The translations under genes were made by a program, and so were the position numbers. The notes beneath the pieces were generated by a model that saw only the letters and a list, made by a program, of their open reading frames with translations, was not told the origin of the DNA and searched no databases. Below are positions 33,513-45,762 of a stretch of 64,000 nt of DNA, in pieces. The stretch lies in the NCBI RefSeq assembly GCF_032854445.1, contig NC_088295.1, positions 32,146,510 to 32,210,509 on the forward strand, read 5' to 3'. Every line of letters begins with the position of its first letter. Within the stretch, counting starts at the first letter, position 1. The stretch comes from Liolophura sinensis (lineage: Eukaryota).

Positions 33513-35749
33513 GCGGCGTTTTGGCGGCGGAGACGTGCTGCTTTCTTGACAATGACATAAAATAAATTAATGTCAAAATACTGAAATCCCAAATATGAAG
33601 ACATTATCTTCACGGAGAAGACTGCCTTCAAGGAGAATAAAACTAGGCATGCAGTTCTATGCTTACAGGGCATATTTTGTGTGAAAACTACTCTCTTGCG
33701 ACTGTACTATAATATGAATAGCTGCTATAATAGTATTCGCCAATTCCTTACTGTCATAGCATTTCCATTACAGATATATTCATGTATGCGCTATCACTTT
33801 GTCAGTTATCTCGTAATACCAGTCGTATAAAATTCGTCATTGCATTATTTCAACAGAGTGTTTTTAACTACTTTTACAACTGTTCATATTTTCAAATATA
33901 TTAAAGTAAGCATTTTTTAACACATGGAATCGGATTTGAACAATGGAACTAAAAAAACCTTTGGTTTGTGTAATCACTTTTGTTGTTTACCTTTCTGATC
34001 ATATGGTATACATACCAGTCACGTATGTATATATATGTATGCATATACAAATGACGTTGGCCTGTATACACGTCTATAAGAAAACACCGTCATGTTTGTT
34101 GATCTCTCATAGTAATAAATGTATGTTACATTATAACTTAGTTTACAGGAAACTTTTAGTCTACAGTGATGCAGCAAAGTTCATGTATTACACATACCTG
34201 CATTGTTTAAGATTAAACTTCGTCGTTCAACCTTTTTTCTGACCGCGGCCATACTGAGTGTCACATACATATGCATATCTACGTATCGGCATAAACATGC
34301 ACATCATGTCCATATAAGGACTTGCCACTACTTCACACGAAGCCTATACGTCAGCTGCTTTTGTAATTGGTTAAGATGGTGTGATTGACGTGGTCTATCT
34401 TCAACCTGTATATATGTTATATTACACGGCCATTTGTTCATGGTATTTGTTCAGTGTTAAGTTATTCCTAACCCGATGTGCACTTTTCATTGTAGAGAAC
34501 CGTTTAATATATACATAGACTTTTATATAGTCCATATAACTTTACATCATCACTATTTCAATGACCGGTACATATACTTGTATATTTAATTGATGATTTA
34601 ATTGAACGGCGGCATCTTGAGGTAATGAGGTGTAAATTGTTTAAACGAGGTTTTAGGTACCTGTATCTGGACAAAGCACTGTATGCCTCAATATTTTTCA
34701 AATGCATTAACGTTAGCTCTGACGTATGTACCTGCGTTAGTGACAAGCTCTTATTGACCACTAGGCATATTTATATAAATCCAATGCATGAGTTAATGTA
34801 AATATGCCCTATATATGTATGAAGACAGAGGTACAATCCGTAGTCTGTGTGGCCTACCTACACGTAAGACTTGCAAACAACTCTCATTTCATTCATGTCT
34901 GGTTGTAAAATGTTTAAATTTTTACTTTAAAATCCCAAATACACTAATAAAAAAGAAAACAAAACATACAGGCCTACTTTCAATGATTTATATGTTAAAT
35001 GAATTTAGTCGTTCTCATCAAACAGAGTTTCTTACTTTCCTTCAGGCGATGAGAGTATAGGCCTATCTATTTGTGTAGCATTTATGGTGTTTATAATGCG
35101 GTATACTGTCAATATCTTCCATCTATACCTGAAATTCCCATCGAAATATGCGCTGTAAGGAAGTAAAGTGTCTCGCCAGCAAATGGTGACCAATGCAGTA
35201 CTTAAGTGAAACAAACATTTACATTGTTTTGCATGAGTACACTTATAACGTAATCGTCAGGACAGCACGATTCAGAAATGCCGGGACTTTAATTTCCACT
35301 TAACTTTAGTTTCCGCACTGTGTAGGTTGAGGCAGATCTTTAGGCATGTGTCATACTTAGCCTTGGGTGAAATGACGTCTTCACTCGAGCGCGCCTGTAA
35401 GGCTCTTTTAAACATCAGAACAAAGTACCCAGTACACGCGGCTATATGCGGATACTCCATTCGGAATACCTGTGTCAATTTTATTTTTGTGATTTGTACT
35501 ATTTTTAGGTCTCCGCCCTACAGTGTATGCCTAACCCCGTCGTCGCTCTATACGTCTTGTCAATCCTACACACTCACTTCACAAGAGTCATACATACAGG
35601 TGATTCTGGTACATTGAACAGTCACAAGTATTGTCGAACAGACGTGGATATACGACAGGGGCTCGGCTTGACGCTAAATAATATACCTGGTAATTCAGAT
35701 ACGTGTTTACAGTGGAAATTTATATTCTTGGAATTACCACTGAATTAAG

Positions 35750-35795
35750 ATGAAGACGCTGGTCACTTTAATAGCCTGTCTGTTGTATGTTACAG
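35750..35795 (+). CDS. Gene C exon 1: start codon and signal peptide (MKTLVTLIACLLYVT)
   Basis: attaagATGAAG context, a hydrophobic leader, and donor G|GTAAGA (phase 1). Confidence 0.65.
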
Positions 35796-37162
35796 GTAAG
35801 ATCATTCTGTTTTCTCAAACGATTCTCAAGTATTCAGTTATATACCTGAAGTTTATACCATTTCATTCATAAGGCCGGTGTTTTGAATCCTCATACACTT
35901 AGGTAGTATATATATAACTGTAACTCCTTGAAGCCGATATGCAGAATTTTATATACAGAACTGTGTACAGAACTTCTTTAAAACTATGGCGGTCCTCCCA
36001 CAGCTTTTGGAGAGAAAAATAAAATAAAAACGCACATGTATGTAAATAGACCTTGGACTTGGCCGAGGAGTAACAGCCCACCCTGTTCATTACCAATACA
36101 GGTTTCTGACAAACACTATATATAATGATCATGTATAGGCCTATATCATCATAATTCGGTTTCCCAGTCCATCTGTACTCATATAATACCAGATATCGGA
36201 CTGGAATGTTTCATAATACATTTACCGTGAGAGCTATACAGTTGTACATATATATGGCAGATTCAGACGTATACATTTTCATTTCCGAATAAGTAATAGC
36301 AGACTTAATTTATGTGCATCTGAAGTTTAACATAAAATCCGCTTTCTGAGCGGATCTATGTCACATCCGTCCATATGCAAGCAAGCCTGAAATACACCAC
36401 CAGTTTTCAAGCCCACGCATTGTAGATACAATAAAACGTATATAAAAATAATACTTCAATACAATGTATAGCAATATTTTCATCACTTGTTATTTTCATC
36501 ACTAGGTACGCCTAGGTCTGTTGATAAATCCATTACAGTTTGACGAGGTATGCAGACTGTACCTCCGTCTATGCTGACATGCACAGACCTACATGTATTT
36601 ATATGCATTTCGATATTCTGATTTATGCATCAGTAATTTATGCATATAGCGAAAAGGAAGACAACACATAAAATTTCAATCCATTTCAAAGAAGTCAGTG
36701 TGTTAAACCGTCTTCAGAAAGTAGCTTTATAAATTGTTACTTTGTTTATAGATTTTCTTTCCTGTCTTATTTTCATACACTCACATAAAGTATGTATATG
36801 TTAAGTCACTTGTATGTATTTCTGGATATAACAGAAACTTACTGACTGTGTGAACGTATCTATTGTATGTCATACTTTGTTGTTTTAGCTATATGGATAA
36901 GCCCGGAATTGTTTCGACGCCATCCTTTCACAAAAGCGTAGTTAGCCGTTGTTACGTGTGTGTACAAATTATATAAAAATTAATGTCATGTGCTCTTTTC
37001 CACTTAATCTTGTTTCCTATGCTATAAAAAATATTCAAATGATGACTGAAATGTAAGAATAAATATAAAAGCATCAGTTTATTTGTCTTCTACACGTACG
37101 TGTATCTGCAACCTTGTACAGTTTAAGGATATAGATTTGTACCATCATATTTTTCTCGACAG

Positions 37163-37286
37163 TGACGTCAGCACAAGATTGTTCAGCCATTGCCCTAGAG
37201 TCCCGTTACAAGAGCTGCTTGGATCAGTTCATCAACACGTACTACAGCCCCACGGCTAACGGGACAGCCTCCCAAGCAGACTGCGT
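37163..37286 (+). CDS. Gene C exon 2 (module I, first half)
   Basis: Acceptor ttttctcgacag| and donor GT|GTAAGA. Reads (V)TSAQDCSAIALESRYKSCLDQFINTYYSPTANGTASQADC. Confidence 0.65.
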
Positions 37287-38356
37287 GTAAGAGTTTCATT
37301 ATACATATTACTCCCATCCAGAGTTGGGGATGTGCTGAAGGTTAAAACACCCTTTCTGTAAAAAGATGTAAAATTAACCAAATCGTCTACATATATTATC
37401 ATAATTATTACAAAGAACAACACTAGGAGATAAATCGTCTATGGGTGATAACAGGAGACGTTACCCGCCCAAATAAGACGGTTCTATAAGATAAAAAAAA
37501 ACGCCATTCTCTGCTAGAACGTCTCACAACCTGTGGTATCTGTTTGTTTTATGATTAAATCTAGGGACACAATAGGGAAACAGTTTCTTTCAAATCATGC
37601 TCCTGCTTTTCTGTGTAGGATAACAGCATATGTGTTACAAGACTTCAGGCAGAGATGACCAAAAAGAGTTTGTTTATTTATTTGATTGAGATGTAATTCC
37701 TTATATTTAAGAATAAGTCACTTATAGAATGCATCTTATAGTGAAAGGAGAACCATTTATGTTCTCGTCATCTGGCCGTCTGAGTAAGAAACCGCAGCTC
37801 ACATATATGACGACCTGGCGGTATAGCAGACTTGATGAACATGATGTAGCGGGTGTTTGGGTATACTCTGATGACGTCACAAGGAGTTTCCACTCTATAA
37901 CACACTTTTATTGTTAGAATAACTCTTATTACCTATAAGTGAAAGACTACTTAAATAACATTCACAAGAAAATTTACCTTCAGGTGAATAGGAAGGATAA
38001 AAGGTGACCTCATATCGTGTACTCTATACGTCACTGACCGTGTAGTTCATAAAGCCTGCCCAAGAATTGAACTATTTGACTGCGTTTATTCCATTTTGAA
38101 GTCCAAAAATATGAGTAAAAGTCCCCTGGTGTATAGTTTTGAGTGTTAAAGTCCATTCCTTAAATGATAAGACGTTTGAATCGCTTTCTTTATCTCGATA
38201 CTTTTTCATTTCCTTTACCCTATTTTTCGTGTACAGTAATTTGGAAATACATCCCATTTTTCCTTATTAGTCTTTCGGTTCCCAGATAACCTATTTATCA
38301 TCGCCATATGCATTGCACTATATTTTTATGATTTTATTTGAAATGTTTTGTATTAG

Positions 38357-38493
38357 GCAAGCCAGAGATGAAGGGGTAGCTTGTGTTACCAGCCTACTTA
38401 CCGACTGTTCATCTACAGAACCCCAGCTAACAAAGATTATTGTCTCAGCCAATGCAGAAAAGGCCTTCGATTTTGCCTGTGACAGAATAAACG
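38357..38493 (+). CDS. Gene C exon 3 (module I, second half)
   Basis: Acceptor ttttgtattag| and donor G|GTAAGA. Reads (V)QARDEGVACVTSLLTDCSSTEPQLTKIIVSANAEKAFDFACDRIN. Matches track ORF 38313..38504. Confidence 0.7.
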
Positions 38494-38949
38494 GTAAGAT
38501 TTGACGTATTAATTACTATTTAACGTTATCAGTGAAAGTGCTGGTACGCTCAGAGTTATTCCCCTTCATTCGCTTTCCGGATTGCCAATGTCAGTGCATG
38601 TTATTTCTATATTTCCGGCTATTGAATCACCTTCAGGAATCTCAACGGGAATCAAAGTAATGAAAATATACATAACTGATTTTATAAGATAAATGCACAG
38701 TGCATATATACATCCAGTAATCTTAACAATTTCAGTATGAAATGCTGTAATATAGTACGTGATACATCTGCGCTATACACAGAGGATATACACAATCGTT
38801 ACACAGAGGATATATATGGTTCATTCAGTTTTTAATTCCCATTGAAATATATATCTTACCATGAGCTACTTGGGAATTGAATTAAGCCTTTTCTGATGCA
38901 CAAAGGACCTTAACAATTGATTTGTGATTTTAATTCAATCAAGAATTTT

Positions 38950-39092
38950 AAGTGGGAAGGTCGGCCAGCAACCTGCGGATGGGCGTGGGTTTCCCCCGGG
39001 CACTTCCCTGTTTCCACCCACCATAACGCTGATAGCTGTCGTATAAGTGAAATATTCTTGAGTACGGCGTAAAACACCAGTCAAAGAAATAA
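38950..39092 (+). mobile_element. SINE family 1 copy (5'-truncated), in an intron of gene C
   Basis: gtgggaaggtcggccagcaacctgcggatgggcgtgggtttcccccgggc..ccaccataacgctgatagctgtcgtataagtgaaatattcttgagtacggcgtaaaacacc. Confidence 0.8.
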
Positions 39093-39233
39093 ATAAATTA
39101 ATTCAATCTGGTCTTTGGTGATCCTTGATTAATGTATGTAACCACGGGGTTAATCATCCGCCAATATGCATTCGCTTGAAGTTGGAGTCATATATGCGGA
39201 AATATTTCTTCCAACCCTGCTTTCTGTATTCAG

Positions 39234-39372
39234 ATGTGTCGTTGGCTAACCAGTGTTATAAAACCGTCAATGCCAGTAGCCAGTTACAAGGCTGCGAACA
39301 GACGAAGCGCCAGGAAACAAGCCAGCTTCTGGGTCTGGGCAACAACGCCACCAACGGCCAGTCACTATGCGT
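39234..39372 (+). CDS. Gene C exon 4 (module II, first half; N-glycosylation sequons NAS and NAT)
   Basis: Acceptor ctttctgtattcag| and donor GT|GTAAGT. Reads (D)VSLANQCYKTVNASSQLQGCEQTKRQETSQLLGLGNNATNGQSLC. Confidence 0.7.
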
Positions 39373-39552
39373 GTAAGTAAACGTGTATCAACATCAATAT
39401 TGTTATAACTACCTTGGACATCATCTTATATGTCTTCTAAAGGCAAACCTTTGGAAAGTCAATACTGTTATTATAATTATGGCTTCGCTTAGCAATTTAT
39501 AATAGGTTATAAGAATACAAGGGTGAACATCGTTTGAAATTTTCCTAAAGAT

Positions 39553-39786
39553 TTTATATTTATTTACTTGATTGGAGTTTTACGCCATACTCTTGAATAT
39601 CTCACTTATACGACGAGGGCCAACATAATGGTGGGAAGAAATCAGACAGAACAAGGTGGAAACCTAGTAGGCCTACCATCCGCACGCTGATGGCCGACCA
39701 TAATGAGAAGCCATAATGAGCTGGACTTCAACTCACAGCGATGTTGTTCTAAACTAGCATTCTGACCACCAAGCCACGGAAGCCCC
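39553..39786 (-). mobile_element. SINE family 1 copy, in an intron of gene C
   Basis: Reverse complement matches the family consensus, including the tRNA-like head (..ggggcttccgtggcttggtggtcagaatgctag..). Confidence 0.8.
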
Positions 39787-39856
39787 TATGCGTTTTACAA
39801 TTATGTTTAGATGTTATCACAGGATCCGCGTATTACATATACCTCTATATCTGCAG

Positions 39857-39990
39857 GTTTCTCGAGGCTCATAGCACGTGTCTGGCATCAAGGATGCAGT
39901 CTCAGTGCCAGTCACAAAGTGTGGAATTCGTCCAACTTCTTGGCACCTATCTACCAACCGACTGTGCGACTTTAAAGTCCGACCCAACGG
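39857..39990 (+). CDS. Gene C exon 5 (module II, second half)
   Basis: Acceptor ctctatatctgcag| and donor G|GTAAGT. Reads (V)FLEAHSTCLASRMQSQCQSQSVEFVQLLGTYLPTDCATLKSDPT. Confidence 0.7.
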
Positions 39991-40262
39991 GTAAGTTACC
40001 AAGTATGTGTTACCCCAGATAGTTGGTTCTCAAAGTTCTCAAGAACGCGGTCGATACTGACTTACCTTTAACGTTCCCTATAGGATTTGGTACAGCATCA
40101 AACGGCCCTCGACAGTTGTATTCATGACCGTTTTTGTTGTGCAATATGAAGCTTCTTGGAGAAGACTCATATACCTTCTACAATTATTGAGCATACACCC
40201 AACTCGCTGGGTGTATCTGTGGTTTACAGTCTCAGTAGTCTAAAGCGTTGTGTTCGCTGTAA

Positions 40263-40405
40263 CCTTAGGCTCCGGGGCCCGTTCTACAAAGCTGTCACAG
40301 CACTACGCTAAGTGCATGTACCATGGTGATGTATGTATTCACTATATGTTGCCATGGAAAATACGACAGGTGCAATTTGCGACTGCTTCGTAACACAGGC
40401 CCCTG
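40263..40405. mobile_element. Small hairpin / MITE-like element related to 4855-4978
   Basis: Left ggctccggggcccgttctacaaagctgtcac.. is an imperfect inverted match to the right ..gtaacacaggcccctggtc. It shares the gggcccgtt(t/c)cacaaagc terminus with the 4855 element. Confidence 0.4.
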
Positions 40406-42123
40406 GTCTGGGAATTACACTTATGTCAAAATTTCAAATCACTTTAAAATAGTTATTTCTTAAACAACAAGGTCAAAATATTACTTGGCAACGTAAATTC
40501 TTAGTAAGTAATTGTAAAACAAATTTCAGGTGAAATAACAGAAAGTAACAAACTAAATGTAATGGTTCAAATTTGACTTACGTCCAGGATCGTTTCGTGA
40601 TCCCGAGGCCATGATCAAGCATAGGGTGCTTGATACAGTCATGCCCCCCACCCCTTTCAAAAGTTGGAGGCCAGCATATCCATTGCCTCTGAGTTACTCA
40701 GCGTAGGCGGTTTTTGAAGTACAAAAGTTCATGCCACATATACTGAAATGATGGTATTTTTATAATAATTTTTCTGCAACGTCGGTTTTGTATTTTCTGC
40801 ATCCATGCAACCATGGCTGCAATTGTCGTAAGATTGTGAATTTTGATTATTTCTCAAAGATTTTGCTTTTCCAGATCACATGATATAGTGTCACGAAGTT
40901 ATATATACCTGTTTTTCCAAACTGATAATGTGCCAAAATTACACAGGTTTATGTAGATTTGCTTGTTTATATTAAAATATACAAAATCTCCCATGGACGG
41001 GCAAATCATCTAGAGTATAATTTGACAAAAAAGTGGACTTATTTGTCTTCAAACACAATCTTTTTTTCTAATTTAGTGACTGTGTTTCAGTGCGATGAAG
41101 TTGCAGTTCTATTCAGCCCAAAAAAGCAGAATAATTAATATATTTGTACAATATATGCACTCATCGGTGTTAAGTTATTTATTTCATTATGGTTTATGGT
41201 CATTCCAAGATCATTTCACTTAGGACGGGTTGCAAGATTCATCAGTGAAGGAAAGATAAGTAACCGTTGTAAACACCGACTTTGGCACGTTACTGACAAT
41301 TCCCCTAAATCAGACGCACGCCTTTTTTTGTTCCAAAGGCCTGATAAAAATGTGTATCTATACATGTGAATGACATTGATTTCAATCGAAAGCAAGCCAG
41401 CGCGAATTGGCCGGCAAGTTTACCACCAAGGCACGGTAAAAACACGGATGTTTCTTTCCACCGATTCTCCTCCATACGAGTTAAATGCTTGTATTAGTCA
41501 CTCTACACCAACCTTTCTCAGACATGCTTAAATTCAATGTTGAATTCTAGATAAATTGTTACAATGTTCATTTTTGACCCGTGGTTCTCCAGGCAAAAGC
41601 GTCAACAAATGAGATAAACGTCTATTTCAATATTTCCAGGCAGGCTTAAATAGTCAATAACACCTCAGTTGGCATATGTAAGATACGGCAAATCGTCTCT
41701 AAGGCGATATAGCTCCTTCAGAGCTTCCGGGGCCTTGGCAGCCCCTGGACCCTCTGCGGCCCCTGGACCCTTTATTACTTGGACTTGCCTCCCACCCCCA
41801 CCCTCACTTTGAAATTGCTTCCTACGCCCCAGGGGAAGTATCTATGGCCGAATAGCTGGTTCGGCGGAGACTTTAAGTATAGAGGGTGACAAACAGGCAT
41901 GCAGTGTATTACATCTGCAGGCACCCTCCAAGGCAAGGCAGTGTGTGCATGTATACATGATTACGTGTACAGGTTTCCGTTTTCTTAATTAGTAACCTGT
42001 GGTATAAGATAGCAAATTAACCAGAAGTTAAGCCATGTTGGCTAAAATAAATCTATCTGTAGAACTCGTGGACTGTATTTTATATGTATTATAATATATT
42101 TTATATCTCTACATGTTTATCAG

Positions 42124-42238
42124 CGGAGGAGGAGAAGAGTCCATGCGGAGATGACGCTGTCATGGTTAACTTCACCGTCTGCGTCAAGCCCTTCTTTGAC
42201 AGAATAGAAAGTCTTGATTTAGAAAAGAAAAAATGCGA
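42124..42238 (+). CDS. Gene C exon 6 (module III, first half)
   Basis: Acceptor acatgtttatcag| and donor GA|GTAGGT. Reads (A)EEEKSPCGDDAVMVNFTVCVKPFFDRIESLDLEKKKC. Confidence 0.6.
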
Positions 42239-42613
42239 GTAGGTATCATTTCATCCACCAGAATTATTTTGTATTTAAAAAAGTGTCTGAGAGTAAATTA
42301 AGGTATAACATAAAGCACACATCGTAAAATATACACATCGTATCTCGTATTCATTTAATACTTGTTGCCGAGGCCGGAACATATATGATGGAAACATAAT
42401 CCAAAGCTCTGTTGTGTGCTGATTATATATCGTAGATCATAACTGGCCTATACGGCTCTCTTTTCAAGTAGTTTCTGAAATTATTGTAAATACATATATA
42501 ATTTGAATGTTCGCGGGTTTTCATATATTGACGTACATATTTTTTGCCCTTATCTGAAATTTAATAAGTCAAATGCACTTATATATTCAAACCTTTTTTT
42601 TTATTTCAATTAG

Positions 42614-42753
42614 TGAATCTGTGACTGAGACATTAAAATGTGTGGCCAAAATTGTAAAGAAGTGTGCCAAAGAAGAGTTCAAATATATCCAGAAGTTGTT
42701 GGACTTAGCGCGAACAAAGAACGCCCTGGACTTCGGGTGTTCTCGGAACTGGA
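42614..42753 (+). CDS. Gene C exon 7 (module III, second half)
   Basis: Acceptor tttatttcaattag| and donor A|GTAAGA. Reads (D)ESVTETLKCVAKIVKKCAKEEFKYIQKLLDLARTKNALDFGCSRNW. Matches track ORF 42573..42770. Confidence 0.65.
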
Positions 42754-42754
42754 G

Positions 42755-42836
42755 TAAGAAAAACAATTAATAAACGCCAAAAAGAAAACTTTACAATGAA
42801 AAACAATTAATAAACGCCAAAAAGAAAACTTTACAA
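42755..42836 (+). repeat. 40-bp tandem duplication directly after the donor of gene C exon 7
   Basis: aaaaacaattaataaacgccaaaaagaaaactttacaat occurs twice. Confidence 0.85.
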
Positions 42837-42900
42837 TCTGACAAACACTTATACACAACTTCATTATGATATTGATAATGGTATTAAAAGGCCTGATGGA

Positions 42901-43086
42901 GACATGCCTGACCTAGTGGTTAGCGTGCTAGTGCAGCATAATCCAGAGCATTTCAAAGCATGTACAGCTCATGCTTGCTTGCTCGCCACAAGCTGCGGAT
43001 GGTCGTGGGGTTTCCCCTGGGCTCTGCCCGGTTTCCTCCCACCATAATGCTGGCCGCTGTCGTATAAGTGAAATATTCTTGAGTAT
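42901..43086 (+). mobile_element. SINE family 1 copy, in an intron of gene C
   Basis: ..ctagtggttagcgtgctagtgcagcataatcc..gctgcggatggtcgtggggtttcccctgggctctgcccggtttcctcccaccataatgctggccgctgtcgtataagtgaaatattcttgagtat. Confidence 0.8.
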
Positions 43087-43506
43087 ATGATTTTAGATAT
43101 TAGAAATGGTATTAAAAGATTTCATTATCTGTGGTGCCCCTGGTTTGTGCCCAGCCTGGGTTTCAAAGCCGCATAAATTTTCTCTGTTTCCTTCAAACAC
43201 GCCTTACAAAAAACAGCTATATATGAACAAGCACAGTAGGACAGAAATAATAACCATTCTAAAATCATACTCGCCTTTAACACGATTTATTGTTTTCTTA
43301 CAAATTTTCTCTTCCTTCATACACAAAAAAGAAAAATGTCTATGTATTTAATAATATTTTTTTATTTGAATGAAAGTGTTTTACCTGATAAGAAGAAAAA
43401 TTAAAGACGCTGATGCTGAAAAACTTTTTTGTTCATCAAAAGCGTTTAGGCGCGTGGTTCTATTCCAAGAATCATAACTGAGTTTGCCATTGGTGTTTTT
43501 CTTCAG

Positions 43507-43636
43507 ATCTGTCTGCAGGGGCCTTCTGTTATAACAAACACTACGGCAGCGACATCAAACCGTGTCTGGACATAAAGATGAGAGATCAAAAGATCTACGC
43601 TTCAGAGAAAGAGAGGACATTCAAGACTGTCTGTAG
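43507..43636 (+). CDS. Gene C exon 8 (module IV, first half)
   Basis: Acceptor gtgtttttcttcag| and donor AG|GTAAGT. Reads (N)LSAGAFCYNKHYGSDIKPCLDIKMRDQKIYASEKERTFKTVC. Confidence 0.65.
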
Positions 43637-44100
43637 GTAAGTGCTCTGTATAGACACCTGTCGGCTAAATCAGGCAAACATGCGTTTATTGTGCTTTGTA
43701 TCCAGGCCCAAGTTAAAGGTTTGTTTGTACTAAATGGTATAATTACTTTTCGGGTAATTCGGATCAGTTCTATTACACATTCCTGCGTTTGACATGGCGT
43801 ATATGCACATGTGTTGAAACAGAACAATGGTAAATTCAGCTTTGACCTGGTTCGACATTGCAGAGAGGTGAGGTAGCTCATTATAGGAGCGTATTATACC
43901 GTATTATAAAAGAAAGATGAGTCAATGCTTGTATCCAAAAACCATGGCAAATGTTAACGAAATAAAATATTCTATATGTACCTAAAACTAGACCTACACA
44001 CCGCGCATGCGTGTCGTTACCAACAGAATGTGTTTTTTTTTTAAGTGCAGTTTGATATGGTGGCTGATACCATCCATTTTTGACAACGACCTTAGCGACC

Positions 44101-44262
44101 ACACGGAGGGTGAGGTTTTAACAAAACCGCGGGTTCGCGGAGGGCGCGGATCCGTGTCCTCTGAGTGATTTGCGTGTTTTGCAGGGGCACAAAGGTCGGT
44201 GGGGGCCCGGTTCCGCGTGTTTCGCGGGGGCGCGAACGGTCGCGGTCCAGAATGATGCTATC
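44101..44262. repeat. GC-rich imperfect palindrome (CGCGG/CCGCG-rich) in the last intron of gene C
   Basis: ..aaccgcgggttcgcggagggcgcggatccg.. and ..gttccgcgtgtttcgcgggggcgcgaacggtcgcggtcc.. stand out against an AT-rich background. Confidence 0.5.
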
Positions 44263-44320
44263 AGCCACCATAGTTTGGTACCAAAACACAAAGAGACATA
44301 ATGCAATTGATATTTTCTAG

Positions 44321-44513
44321 GTACATCGACGCGACCACAGACTGTGCCAAAAGTGGAATGGAGACGTGTAAGGACGAGGCGGTGACCTTCACGGAGTACG
44401 TAAAGATGTTCTTCCCTAGGGACTGTACAGAAGACAATAACTCTGCCTCCTCAGTGTCGTCTGCTGTGTTGGGATTGCTGACGTCACTGTTACTAGTCCA
44501 CGCGCTGCTGTAA
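44321..44513 (+). CDS. Gene C terminal exon (module IV second half plus C-terminal GPI-anchor signal; stop TAA at 44511-44513)
   Basis: Acceptor gatattttctag|. Reads (R)YIDATTDCAKSGMETCKDEAVTFTEYVKMFFPRDCTEDNNSASSVSSAVLGLLTSLLLVHALL*. A small-residue omega region is followed by a hydrophobic tail. AATAAA lies about 320 bp downstream. Confidence 0.75.
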
Positions 44514-44978
44514 TTGTTTAGATATTGTTAAAGAGACTATATTTTGTAGGAACCCAGACATAAAATACGTTCCTATTGATTTGCTGAGGCTAGTAGACTA
44601 GTCATGCAGATTTTGTCTTGCTGAAAAAGAGACTAAAATATATGAAATTCGCATTAGTGAGTTTCTTTAAACAATGTGAATTGACTGATGATTAACAAGC
44701 CACAAATAATTCCATTGCGGGTCACAATCTTGAGTTACTAGAAAAGCACTCTGATGCACTTTTGTGCACAAGCCAATTTCATTGGGCGTCATAATTTTGA
44801 GTTACCAGGGATGCATTCTGATGCACATTTGTAATAAAAGAAAATAGGGTTTTCGATATACCTGATGCATGATTGTCTTTCAACCGCTTGGACACCTCGG
44901 ATGATAACCAAAATGTGGATAGTTCGTCTATTTGCCAAGGCATGCATGCATGCATTGGACCATCTATTTGAAAGGGAA

Positions 44979-44981
44979 ATA

Positions 44982-45017
<36 letters not shown>

Positions 45018-45018
45018 C
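44979..45018. repeat. (AT)n microsatellite
   Basis: Directly visible. Confidence 0.95.
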
Positions 45019-45484
45019 ACACATGGTCTCATTGTTATACATGTTATACATACATTGTCTCATACATGTACATGCCATATATTGCAAAACGATGACATAG
45101 TGTTATCTAGTCAAATTCAAATATGTCATATTCAAATATGCACAGTGTTTGTAAACAGTCCTCACCACCGCAATGTCTATGTACGACCTATTTCTTTTTC
45201 TCATTGACAATACCACCCTGTCAAAGTGTTTGACTTGCTGGATATTGTTTGAAATGTCAATAATAATTGCTTTATGTACATAGATTGTAACATGTCGTAC
45301 AATTAAGGTAATCGACTTTCACATCAAGGAAAGTAAATATGATAATGATGGTACTTTAGAAAGACACTCTACAGACACTCACACTTTACAGTATGTTTAT
45401 CCCTTCACAGCTTTAGGATGCACCGTGTACATAGCGATGCATGGATTTTACATAGCGATGCATGGATTTATAATATTATGTACA

Positions 45485-45762
45485 TATGCTCGCTGGGGCC
45501 TCCGTGGCTCAGTCGGTTAGCGCGCTAGCGCAGCGTAATCACCCAAGAGTCTCTCACCAATGCGGTCGCTGTGAGTTCAAGTCCAGCTCATGCTGGTTTC
45601 CTGTCCGGCCGTAAGTGGGAAGGTCTGACAGCAACCTGCGGATGGTCTTGGTTTCTTCCGGGCTCTGCCCGGTTTCCTCCCACCATAATGCTGGCCGCCG
45701 TCGTATAAGTGAAATATTCTTGAGTACGGCGTAAAACACCATTCAAATAAATAAATAAATAA
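45485..45762 (+). mobile_element. SINE family 1, full-length reference copy (tRNA-like head, conserved core, (AAATAAAT)n tail)
   Basis: ggggcctccgtggctcagtcggttagcgcgctagcgcagcgtaatcacccaagag..gagttcaagtccagctcatgctgg..ccaccataatgctggccgccgtcgtataagtgaaatattcttgagtacggcgtaaaacacc..aaataaataaataaataa. Track ORFs here (45554..45872, -) are SINE-derived. Confidence 0.9.

Noticed and set aside
37163-37172. A TGACGTCA (CRE) motif at the very start of gene C exon 2
   Set aside because: It lies within coding sequence directly after an acceptor, so it is most likely coincidental rather than regulatory.
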